From assembly GCA_973895155.1 (NCBI GenBank), contig OZ316891.1:24179899-24243898 (forward strand): a stretch of DNA of 64,000 nt, read 5' to 3'. Both the position numbers and the translations under genes were made by a program. The first letter of the stretch is position 1. The number at the start of each line of letters is the position of its first letter. The notes under the pieces are model-generated. The model ran no database searches, was not told where the DNA came from, and saw only the letters and a program-made list of their open reading frames with translations. Positions 24,302 to 34,704 of the stretch are shown here, piece by piece. This DNA is from Marsupella aquatica (Eukaryota > Plantae > Marchantiophyta).

Positions 24302-27300
24302 AAGGAATTAAATACCAAGGGATCGACATACAAGCCGATTACGAGGGCAGAACAAATCGAGGCCCTATTAGAGGCCGGGAGAGCACAGCGGCCTGACCCT
24401 CAGGAAGAAGAGGCGGATGAGATGCACGGACACTATCCAGAGCCGAGGCAGGAAGGGAAGCCGACCACCAATTCAAAACCGGATAGACCAGCAAGGGGAC
24501 AATCTGTGGGCACCAAGGTGGCAACCGACTCGGCTAGTACTGCCGAGATTCCAGTCTATGGAGGTATGAGACTGGAGAGGTTGGAGGCCGGGCTGGACCC
24601 GAATTTGAAGAAACAGATTAATATGATCCAAGCTCGACAATATCGGAAGCTCGACTTAGGAGAAGGAAGGGAACTGAACTTAGGGAGAGACCTAGCACCT
24701 GAACTTGAGAAAGAGATTAGTGACTTACTGATTGAATTCCAGGATGTGTTCGCATGGAGTCATCAAGACCTGAAAGGAGTAGACCCAAAACTGGGAGAAC
24801 ACCGAATTGATCTCATGTTAGGAGCCAAATCATTTCGACAACCGATTCGAAGGATGAACCCTAAGTATTCCCTGATGGTCAAGACAGAAATTGACAAACT
24901 AGTGGAAGCCGGATTCATCACTCCAGTCCTACATTCAGATTGGGTGTCTCCAATTGTGATAGTTCCCAAGAAAGCTGGACCTGATGGTAAACCCAAGATC
25001 CGGGTTTGTCAGGATTACAGAAAGCTGAATGAAGCAACGTTAAAAGACCATTTTCCCTTACCCTTTACTGATATGGTACTAGACATGGTAGCCAGTCATG
25101 AACTATATTCCTTCATGGATGGGTACTCTGGTTATAACCAAATCAGGATTCGGTAGGAAGACCAAATCAAGACGGCCTTCATCATGGAATGGGGGATCTA
25201 TGTCTTCAATCGTATGCCGTTTGGACTCTGCAACGCACCAGCTATGTTCCAACGATTGATGGTGAACATTTTTCATGATTACTTGAGAAAGTTCATGGAA
25301 ATCTTCATTGATGACTTTGCAGTATTCGGGAAGGCATCGAAACATGCTACATACCTAAGGAAGACCTTCATGAGATGCAGAGAGGTAGGTCTCAAGTTAC
25401 ACCCAGATAAATGTTTCTTTGCAGTAACCGAGGGGGTGCTACTAGGTCACAAGGTATCAAAGAAGGGCATTGAGATTGACAAAGGTAAGCTAGCAGTATG
25501 GCTTGACATCATGCAACCTAAGAACATAAAGGATGTAAGATCCTTCTTAGGCTGCATTGGGTATTATCGTCGGTTTATTAAAGATTTTGCCAAGCTAGCT
25601 TTACCATTAACCAACATGCTCAAGGCAGGGGCAGACTTCGAACCCACACCCGAACGAGTCACAGCGGTGGTAGAATTGAAGCAGATGTTAGTTGAGGCCC
25701 CAGTCATGATAGCACCAGACTGGAACAAAGATTTTCATGTTTTTGTAGATGTCTCGGGCTTCTGTATCGGCTCAGTACTAAGTCAGTTGGATGAGAAAGG
25801 AAGGGACCATCCCATATACTTTGCAAGCCGTCAGCTTGCCGATGCCGAACGGAACTACTCCACCACAGAGAGAGAAGCATTAGGAGTCATTTATTCCTGT
25901 AAAAAGTTTAGGCATTATTTACTAGGGTACAAGGTAATCTTTCATACCGATCATGAAAGTTTGAAGTACCTAGTCAATAAGCCGGACCTTACAGGCAGAG
26001 TAGCAAGATGGATTTTGCTATTACAGGAGTTTGACTACGAGCTAAAGATCAAGCTGGGAAAGTTACATGCCAATGCCGACTTCTTCTCAAGGATCACAGG
26101 TGAACCAGCCACGGATTGCATCGATGATCGATTTCCTGACAAGGAACTATTCGTTGTGGAATTAGCTGAGACATGGTACCCTGAGATTTTACAATTTCTC
26201 AGCACGTCCAGATTACAGCTAGGGCTAACCCAAGAACAAGCCGCAATCTTTTTATGGAAGGTCAGACAGTATCAGTGCATTAAAGGCATACTGCACAAGC
26301 ATGGAATCAATGGCACGATTCAAAGGTGTTTGGAAAAGGGAGAGGTAAAACAAGTCTTACGGGCTATGCATGGAGAAGAGGCCGGAGGACATTTTGCCCC
26401 AATAACCACAGCTAAAAAGATATTAAATGCCGGTTACTGGTGGCCTACCTTGCACAGGGATGTCTATCAGTTTATCAAACAATGTGATCCTTGTCAACGA
26501 GCGGGAGGACCAAGGGCGTCCACCAGACATCCACTGCACCCTATTCTACCTCTGGCACCATTCAAAAAGTGGGGTATTGATTACATCGGACCTCTCAAAC
26601 CACTGACCCACCCTCGACAAAACAAGTACATAATCCTGGCTACGGATTATGCAACTAAATGGGTAGAGGCCAGACCGACCACGAAGGATGATGCAATTAC
26701 GACGGCTAGATTCATGTATGAGCAGATCTTCACCAGGTATGGAGCACCCTTAGAATTAGTTAGTGATAGAGGAACCCATTTTCTGAATGATATAATTAGT
26801 CGTTTAAATGAACAGTATTTAGTTAGACATAGGCCTACTACTCCTTACCACCCAAAGGCAAATGGATTGACAGAACGAGCCAATGGAATTATAGGAAAGA
26901 TATTGAACAAGACAGTAGCTCAGAACAAACTCGATTGGGATGATAAATTGTTTGCTGCTGTTTTTGCTTACAATTTAGCCTATAAATCCACTACCGGTCA
27001 TACACCCTTCTTCTTAACCTTTGGACAAGAAGCCCTGGTACCCATGCAACTTGAGATACCGACATTTCAAGTTACAATTGAGGAAAGAGCCTCAGCGGAG
27101 GAGAGCCTAAAGGAGCGAGAATATAGGTTAGAAGCTTTAGAAGAGGCGAGAATGATTTCAACCGAGAGAGTAGAATATAGACAGAATATCATGAAGCAGC
27201 AGTATGATAAAAAAATTGAAAGTAGTTAGTATTCACACCGGTGATCTTGTGTTACTTTATGACAATAGGTATAGTAGGTTTCCAGGGAAGCTTTACACTC

Positions 27301-27460
27301 GCTGGTTAGGACCCTTTAGAGTAACCATGATGTTCCCCAATGGCTCCGTACAATTGGCCAACATTACGGGAGAGGTATATCCAGTTCGCATCCATTATGA
27401 CCGCCTCAAGAAATACTATATGGACGAAGATGAAGTTGTTCGCGAGGACGCTTCACAATT

Positions 27461-27470
27461 AAGTGGGGAG
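27461..27470 (+). promoter_or_regulatory. Polypurine tract of B
   Basis: AAGTGGGGAG, 3 nt before the 3' LTR; the same sequence precedes the LTR of C. Confidence 0.8.
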
Positions 27471-27473
27471 CTA

Positions 27474-30400
27474 TGTGATGCCTAGCCAGGAATCACTCGG
27501 CCAGTTAAGTGGGTAAAGCAGGAATGCACCCTGGAAACACCTTAGTATAGGGACAAAACAAGGAAAATATAAACAATTAGGGGCGACTATGGAACCCGGG
27601 CCGAGGCCGGAGGAAAGGACGCTGGGGGTGAAAACTTGATTAGGGTTAGAGCGCGCTAAGTGTCGGCGGCTAGGAAGGATCAACGGGAGGAAGGACCGGA
27701 AGAGGAGAGGGGTAAGGAGTGCTTGCAGGAGACGGTGGCTCATTTGCGAGCATGAACTAGGCAGACGACTACGGGAGGCCAACTACTGTCAGCTGCTTAG
27801 GCAAGCACTCGGGGAGAGAGTAGATACCAACGATCGACCTAAGGAGGGTATGAGAAACGTCAATCAAGCGGCACATTTCTGGGGATGCCTGTTCGAACGG
27901 GCAACTGAGTACATCAAGACTTACGAGGATGAAGAATCAGAAAGGGCAGCTAGAGAACAACAAGAGCTCGCTCGATTGTGGGAGCTGTAGAAAACGGCTT
28001 TCTTAGGAGGCGAACTCATCAAGGCCGAGTTCTTGTGGACACCTACTTCCAATCAGCTCGACGATCTTCTATTTTGCGAAGACAGAATCATCGGCATTCG
28101 AGAGGCCATCAAGAACTGCAACGACATACACTGGGAATTGAAGGGTAGCACGGAAAGGTGGACCCAGGCAACAGTGCTAGGAGAAACCTCCACGGCAGCT
28201 GAGATGAAGAGGAAGGGATCCGTCAATGATGAAGCCACCCCGGCAAAAAGAACGAGGTCGGCGGCACCAAAGAAACCAGCCGAACAGTAGAGCAGGAGGC
28301 AGAGTGAAGCCGAGGAGGAGGAAAGCGACCCCATCAACGCCATTCCAACCAGGGATGACACCTGGAAGGGCTGGGCGGCAACTCTACCAGTGGAGGTGCA
28401 ACTACATTTTGCACGGGAGGAGGATGCATGCTTTACGGCCATGCAGACCAAGAAATACCAAGGCTTCATGGCCGGATCCGGCTTGGAAGCCTTTGTAAGA
28501 TTACCATGGCTGAAGCCGGAGGTGCCGGATTCAGACCTATTAGAATTCGTGGGGTCATGGGAACCCGAGACCAATTGCACGAGGATATATGGGAAGGATT
28601 TCTATCTTACTCCCAAGGTAGTTGCCGAAGTGTTTGGCTTGCCGATAGGCAATAAGACCAAGGTTGATACCAGGAAGACCTTGCCTGACAAAGAGTTCCG
28701 GTCGTTCCCCGGACCATCAACGAAGAATGGCTTCTTCCGGAACACCTGTACCAGCCCGCACATTGGAGAGATGATCGACTTCTTGCGGGTAACCATGCAT
28801 TGTAACTTGCCGAGGGCAGAGATCGGCAAGGCACAGGTCTATCTGGCAGAGAGACCAGACCCAAGCCGGGACTACAACGGGTACCTCCTCAACCAATTGA
28901 AGAAAATCTTGAAGGAGGAGCAGCAGGTAATCGGCATGGGGAGCGTGTCGCGGCTTGGCTATCACATGCCGCTATTGTGCCGGTATGCCAGAGGTCAGAC
29001 CTTTGCCCCGGTACTTCCCCTACAGGCAAGGGCACCAGTTCCGGAACAGAGGCAGGCAACGGAGAAACCCAAACCGCCCGACAGTCCTACAATCGACCAG
29101 GTGTTTAGACCAAGAACGGAGGACTTGCCGATGCAGCAACCAGGCATGCAGAATCTGCTGAAACTGCTGGAGAAAGAAAAGAGATCGGCATCGGCAAGGA
29201 CAACGACAGCGGCAACAATGCACGACACTGTTCCAAAGGTAGGCCTAAACCGGCTTACAAAGGAGAACCCCTTTACTGGAGTCAAGGAGAGACGGAGGCC
29301 GGAACACAAGCCGGGAGTCCGGATGTATGTAGGAGCCTCTAGTCCCAAAGCCGAGGAGAAGCAGGCCGTAACTCCCGGCCACAGCAAGGAGAGCAGGAGA
29401 TCAACACGGAGACCAGAGGAGGAACCAAGACCGGCAGGAGGTGAAGCCGTGTTCACACCAAAACCAGGAGACGAGCGGGAGAAGCTGGTAGTCCAAGCCG
29501 AGGAGGAGGCGGTGGAGGACTACAGCAATGATAACTCCGGCTATGGGTCGGATCCTCATGTTCCAGGAGTAAGGACCTGTGGTCACTTCATCCTCACGCT
29601 CCCAAGAGTAGTTCGAGGGGACCCGAGCCAGCAGAGCAGCCCCGAGTCTCCCCCACCAGATGTCGCTCCCCCAAGCTTTGACGGCATAAAACAGACAGTG
29701 CAAGAATTTCAGGAGCGAATCAGGGAGGAAGAGGAGGCAGCCCTGGCTAATGAGAAGGATTTACCAGGAGGGGAATGGCCAGAGAACATCAGGCGGCTAG
29801 CCGAAAAAGGAAGCAAACCTCTAGCCACGATTGAAGAGATCCGAAAAACAGCTTGGGAGCAGAGGCCACGATGGGGGATGCCGATCACTTCTACCTACTC
29901 CACCTACGCTAAGAATAGAGCAATGGAGTATGGTGAGATGTGTGGGGAACTTGCGCTCGGCATCTTTGGAGAGGAGTTGGAGGTAGGACCCTTTTTCCAT
30001 AGGGAGCAGTTGGAGAAGCACCAATTAGAAGAAGCGGTGGCTTTAGAGAGAAGCAAGAAGGACGAGGTCATTCGGCGGCTTAGGAGGATGGAAGCCGAGA
30101 TTGAAGATCTAAGGGCGGCCAAGAAAGCCCAAGATGAACTGCGGATTAAACGACATGAGCTGAACATCATGCAGGGGCAGTTGGACATAGCGCAGGCTGA
30201 TGGTCAGATTATCAAGGATAAACTGACTCAGACCCAGGGAGAATTGGCCGACGCAATCAAGGACAGGGAGAAATGGAAGAAGGAGCTGAGAGATGCAGAG
30301 GAGGCCCATATAGCAGTCAACAACCGGGTCATGGCGGAGACCCAAAGAAAGGAATGGGCGTTGAAGGGCGAGCTCGAGAAAATCCGTGGAGCCCTGGAGC

Positions 30401-32179
30401 AGAAGGAGGCCGAGTTAGGGAAATCCTATCAAGGGATTATCGCACTACAGCAGGAGCTTGCGTCCCTGACGGCCAGCTTCAAGGCCGACCTAAGGGAGAA
30501 GGACGATATGCTCGATCGGACTTATGCCAAGATGAATAAAATGGAGTCTGAGATTGTGACGGAGCTCGACAAGGAGCTTAGAGCAACCCAGGAGGAGAGG
30601 GCTACCTTGAAGAAGGAATTGGAGGAAGCCCACAGGGAGCAAGAGGAGGCCAAAAACAAGCTGGAGGGGGCACGTAAGGACCTGGATGAGACCCAAGAGG
30701 AGTTGGAGGAAATCACGAGGAAGATGGAGAACCTACAGCGGCGGGCCGACAACCAAACAGAGCGGCTGAAGAAACAAGCCGCAGTATTTAAATGCTTAGC
30801 TGTAGCAGGTCCATCTCCCGTTGGGGCGAACCAGTTACCAGGGGTGGTAATTGCCAAAGGACAAGCCGTGCCACCTGCACCAGTGCCGGAAGTGAGTGGG
30901 AAGGGGAAGGGACCAGCTGCCGAGCCAGAAACAAAGAAGAAGTGGAAACCTTCAGGGTCAAGGAGTAATACGACTCCACTGGCCGAGGTGACCGAGGAGG
31001 TAGACCGACAACGACCCCAGACAGTATCACGGCAGAGGATCCAACTACCCTAGGGGAAGGGGAGGCCGAAGCCGGGGGTGAGGCTGAGGCCGAAGCCGGG
31101 GGTGAGGCCGAGGCCGGTGTCAGGGCCGAAGCCGAAGGTGGACCTAGTCAGGCCGATGGAGAGTTGACTCAGTCAAGGGCAGGTAATCTGTCAGTAGACG
31201 GGCCAACGGCAGTGGTTGAGGAGGAAGCGTTGGGGGCGTCCACTGAGGGACAGACACCACTGCCATGACGGTGGTGGAGGGCCGCTCCTTTCAAGGAGGG
31301 CGGACGTGGAGGGAGGAGGCGTGAGTGGGCAGGGCGGGCTCGGATCTCTAAGTTAGGATTAGGATCAGGACCAGGAAGCGGCCCTGACACTTAGCTTAGT
31401 GGGATTGCGGTTCCACTGTAAGAGCAGCACTTGTACTCCTGCCTTGCTGTACATAGGTAGATCCGGGCGGTAGATTACTGTTAGATAGATTAGGCTTACG
31501 CTGCAAAGATTTAGGCGGATCCACTACCAGGATAAGTACCTGGGCAGCGGGGAACTCAGGGCCTCTTCTTTAGCAAGTTTTTAGTTTGCACCAGCCGGGC
31601 TGGGATCAAGTAGTAAGAGAAGCTCTCGATTAGTCATACTGTGACCTTGTGTATATTCATGTTTCCTCATACCTAAGAACTGAATAGAGTTGGCCTCACG
31701 GCTTAGTTCGTAGAGCTTGTGTATGAGATGTACTGTTTGTATGACAAGTGTATGGTATGACTCAGTCAGAAGGAGTCATTTTGCTATTTGTGTGTCGCAT
31801 TAACTTGTGTGAAGAGTGCCCACATCAACCAAAAGGAAGGAAAGTAAGCAAGGGAGTGAGTGTTGGATGTGTCAAGCTGAGAGAGGTCTTAGCGGCTTAA
31901 CCAAGCCTATTGGGGATCATTCCGGCGGCGGAATCCAAACATACCTAACCAGAAGGAGAGGAAGACAAGGGAAGGCCTAGAGTAGGCCGGCTTCATATCT
32001 CATGACCCGATGAAGGATCTGTCCAGTATATGTGTGTAAATTGTTAATAGATGTAGAGGAGGTTAGCAGCGTCCCATGCCTCTAAGCCGCGGAAACGGCC
32101 CCGCCAAGCGCAAAACCTGCGGGAATCGGCTTGAGCTGGGGGGGTTTCTTGGGTTTAGGGAGCCATGGGACGCACCACA
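27474..32179 (+). repeat. 3' LTR of B (4,706 bp)
   Basis: TGTGATG...CACCACA followed by TSD GTCCT. Confidence 0.95.
27589..31268 (+). pseudogene. LTR-encoded accessory ORF, copy 2
   Basis: ATG GAA CCC at 27589; open stretch of 887 aa at 28390-31053; three early transition stops and a 1-nt deletion near 31008. Confidence 0.85.
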
Positions 32180-32184
32180 GTCCT

Positions 32185-32443
32185 CACCAAACCAACAATC
32201 ATCTACAAAGATAACAGACCCTGCGTTGACCAAATTGCTAAAGGATTTATCAAGGGAGATCGAATTAAGCACATAGCACCTAAATTCTTCCATACACATG
32301 AAGAGCATGGTGATCAGATTAACGTTCAATGGATACCTTCCAAAGACAATCGCGCCGATCTATTCACGAAGCCCTTACCTCGTGTCCTGCACGAAGCACA
32401 CTCGAAAGGAATCGGCCTACGCAAACTCTCAGATTTTCCCTAG
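32185..32443 (+). pseudogene. RNase H C-terminus of E
   Basis: PTIIYKDN...KHIAPKFF...NRADLFTKPL continues the reading frame cut at 16516. Confidence 0.9.
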
Positions 32444-32722
32444 TACCTAAATGACCTCGACTACTCGTTTCAGGCATTATTATTACAATCACCCTAAACC
32501 CATAATACCTGGTAGAATGACACATTACTACTTAACATATACTCAGTCCCCTCAACTTAACGAACTTATTACATGTAAGACAGTGATACTCTTTTTACCC
32601 CAAAGAAGAAAGCAGGGGGTTTTTAATGAGATCATGTCGTTTATAAGTTCTAATATACCCTGAATTAGGATTAACTCTATTCTATAGAATGGTTACTTTC
32701 TATTGAAGTAACCAAGGGGGAG

Positions 32723-32911
32723 TGTTAGAATACACTTAACCCTAACTCATAGAGTGATACAAAGGGGTATATAGGGACTAGATATAGAGAGTCATGAGAC
32801 TAGGAGAAGGTAGTTATAACCATCCAATGTGTAACACCTTATAAGCCACATTGGCTCATGAAAGGATTATCCTTGTGTTGTTGGTGTATGAATTATAGCC
32901 ATCGTCTAATA
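32723..32911 (+). repeat. 3' LTR of E
   Basis: Preceded by the PPT; ends CTAATA (CA mutated to TA), followed by TSD GCTCT. Confidence 0.95.
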
Positions 32912-32916
32912 GCTCT

Positions 32917-33036
32917 GTCTTAAATTTTGACTTTGAAGATGAAGAGGATGGAGATGTTGTTGGAGATGATGCTTCAGGAGGACAAGGAGAGGAAATGAAG
33001 GAGACGAGAAGGAGAGGCATACGACGGAAGAAATAG
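32917..33036 (+). pseudogene. C-terminal acidic/basic tail of the ParB-MTase-like gene
   Basis: Removing E and one TSD joins KDKVCS to VLNFDFEDEEDGDVVGDDASGGQGEEMKETRRRGIRRKK* in frame. Confidence 0.7.
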
Positions 33037-33219
33037 AAGATTCGGATTCTTCTGAGTAATGCCCTTAAGCTACTTCACTTTACATTATCGATTCTGTTAC
33101 TGTCCCATTTTCATTTTCAATTCTAATATGGTTCCGTCCCTCTTCCAGATCGGAGTGGAATCTTCAAGAGCTTTTGCCGATGCAGATCTTACCGCCATAA
33201 GCCCGCAAATCATAAGCTT

Positions 33220-34704
33220 TTGCCGATCAAGATCTTACCGCCAGGTACTACCCCCGGAGGAGTTCAAATCAACCACATCGAACTAGGATGGCAAGAGGAT
33301 GCCGAGGCAGAGTTCATACCATCTGATGATGAGGCCGAAGCCCTATCAACCTTCTCAGAGGAGGATTTAGATCATGATTGCTACCGGGTCTCTACTCGAT
33401 CTACCAGAAGGAAGGAAAGGTGGGATGGGCTGGCCAAAAATAAAGGGAAGGTTACGGAGGAAAGGATCGACTCTTCGTCAACATCAACAGAAGGAGAAGG
33501 GAGGGCTCCGGCAATACAGGTAAGCCATGAGCCCACCAGTGAAACCAATCCTTCACAAGATAGCGACTTCAATCGAGATCATCCTAAGTTGTTCTACCCC
33601 TCTGTTACGGCTAGTGTTAAGGAACAACTAAGAGAATTAGAAACCCTGGAGAATACCGAAGCCATTGCCAAGGATGTAAAACGAGCAAAAGCATTGTTTG
33701 CTTCGGAAGACCCAACAGCTGTGGAGACTAGCGTGGCAAAACTGGCCGAATCCAAGACGGAAACACCACCAGAAGAGAAGCCGATTGTTCCCTATGACCT
33801 GGCTAAAAATGTACTAGAATCTAGAGTCTCAGCAACAGTAGGTCAACTATTGAAAAATAGCCCGTACTTCCGGAAGCAATTAAGGAAGGCTATTCTCGGC
33901 AAGCCGAGATTACCCAAGGTAGCAACCAGATCCGACGTACTAATGATAGAAGAAGATCAAGGAGCCCCAGCATTACCATTAATGATTCAAGGAGAATTAT
34001 TACTACGGGTACCCATCGATGGAGGATCAGGGGTATGTATTATGATTGATTCAACAGCAAAAGGGTGGGGTCTAACACCGGAGATGACTGGAAGAGTGTT
34101 GAACATGGCCAATGGATATCAGGTCATTCCGACGGGAGTGTTAACCGGCATCAAGACAGAGATAGGAGGTATCTTCTTTAGCATTAACTATGTAGTAATG
34201 AAGCCGGTAAATCCTACGTCATTCCGGCTATTGATTGGTAGGCCATGGCTGTACCTAGCCGAGGTAATAGAAGATTGGGGTAAAAAGCAGTTCACTTTCG
34301 GGACCCCCTCTATCACGGTATCCTGGGACACTAAGGATGACCGTAGGAAAAGCATAAGGGAAGTAGATGGGTACGACAGTGGACTGGAGTCAGCCGATGA
34401 AGTACGTTGGTTAGAATGCCTCACTAACCTAACCGAAGAAGGTGTCTTTGGACCAGAGGTACCCCCCAGCGGATTATGGCAAGAACCAATGGAAGGTGAC
34501 TTGGAAGAAGAAGACGAAGAGGTCGAGGACTGCTTTACAATAGAATCCACCTTTTTAGCTGCAATTCCGGAGGAAGTAAAGGATGTAGACCAATTGGATG
34601 AAACGGCTAAGTGGGGAGCAGTAGCAGGGACAGTGGATTTTCTGCAGGCGTTGTGGCAGAGCCGACGGGGTCCACAACGCCATCGATCATCGGCAAGGAA
34701 TTAA
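33220..34704 (+). pseudogene. gag C-terminal part plus protease of C (5'-truncated, otherwise open)
   Basis: 494-aa open frame containing VPIDGGSG and LLIGRPWL. Confidence 0.88.

Larger units (their letters stand above)
24215..27485 (+). pseudogene. pol: RT-RNase H-integrase ORF of B, in the -1 frame relative to gag-PR
   Basis: FMDGYSGYNQI, FIDDF, DVSGF, integrase HHCC/DDE, WLGPF. One stop (25154, CAG>TAG) and an A-run frameshift near 27210. No chromodomain and no additional RNase H. Confidence 0.93.
16517..32179 (+). mobile_element. Full-length Ty3/gypsy LTR retrotransposon B (15.66 kb) with ~4.7-kb ORF-bearing LTRs
   Basis: TSD GTCCT (16512-16516 and 32180-32184), LTR termini TGTGATG...CACCACA, PBS at 21253, gag-PR then RT-RH-INT, PPT 27461-27470. 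The RNase H of E resumes in frame afterwards (EVL|TKPTIIYKDN). Confidence 0.96.
11748..32911 (+). mobile_element. Ty1/copia LTR retrotransposon E, Bianca-type; complete but interrupted by B
   Basis: 189-bp LTRs at 11748-11936 and 32723-32911, TSD GCTCT (11743-11747 and 32912-32916), PBS CGTTATCAGCACG, domain order gag-PR-INT-RT-RH, PPT AAGGGGGAG at 32714-32722. Confidence 0.95.
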
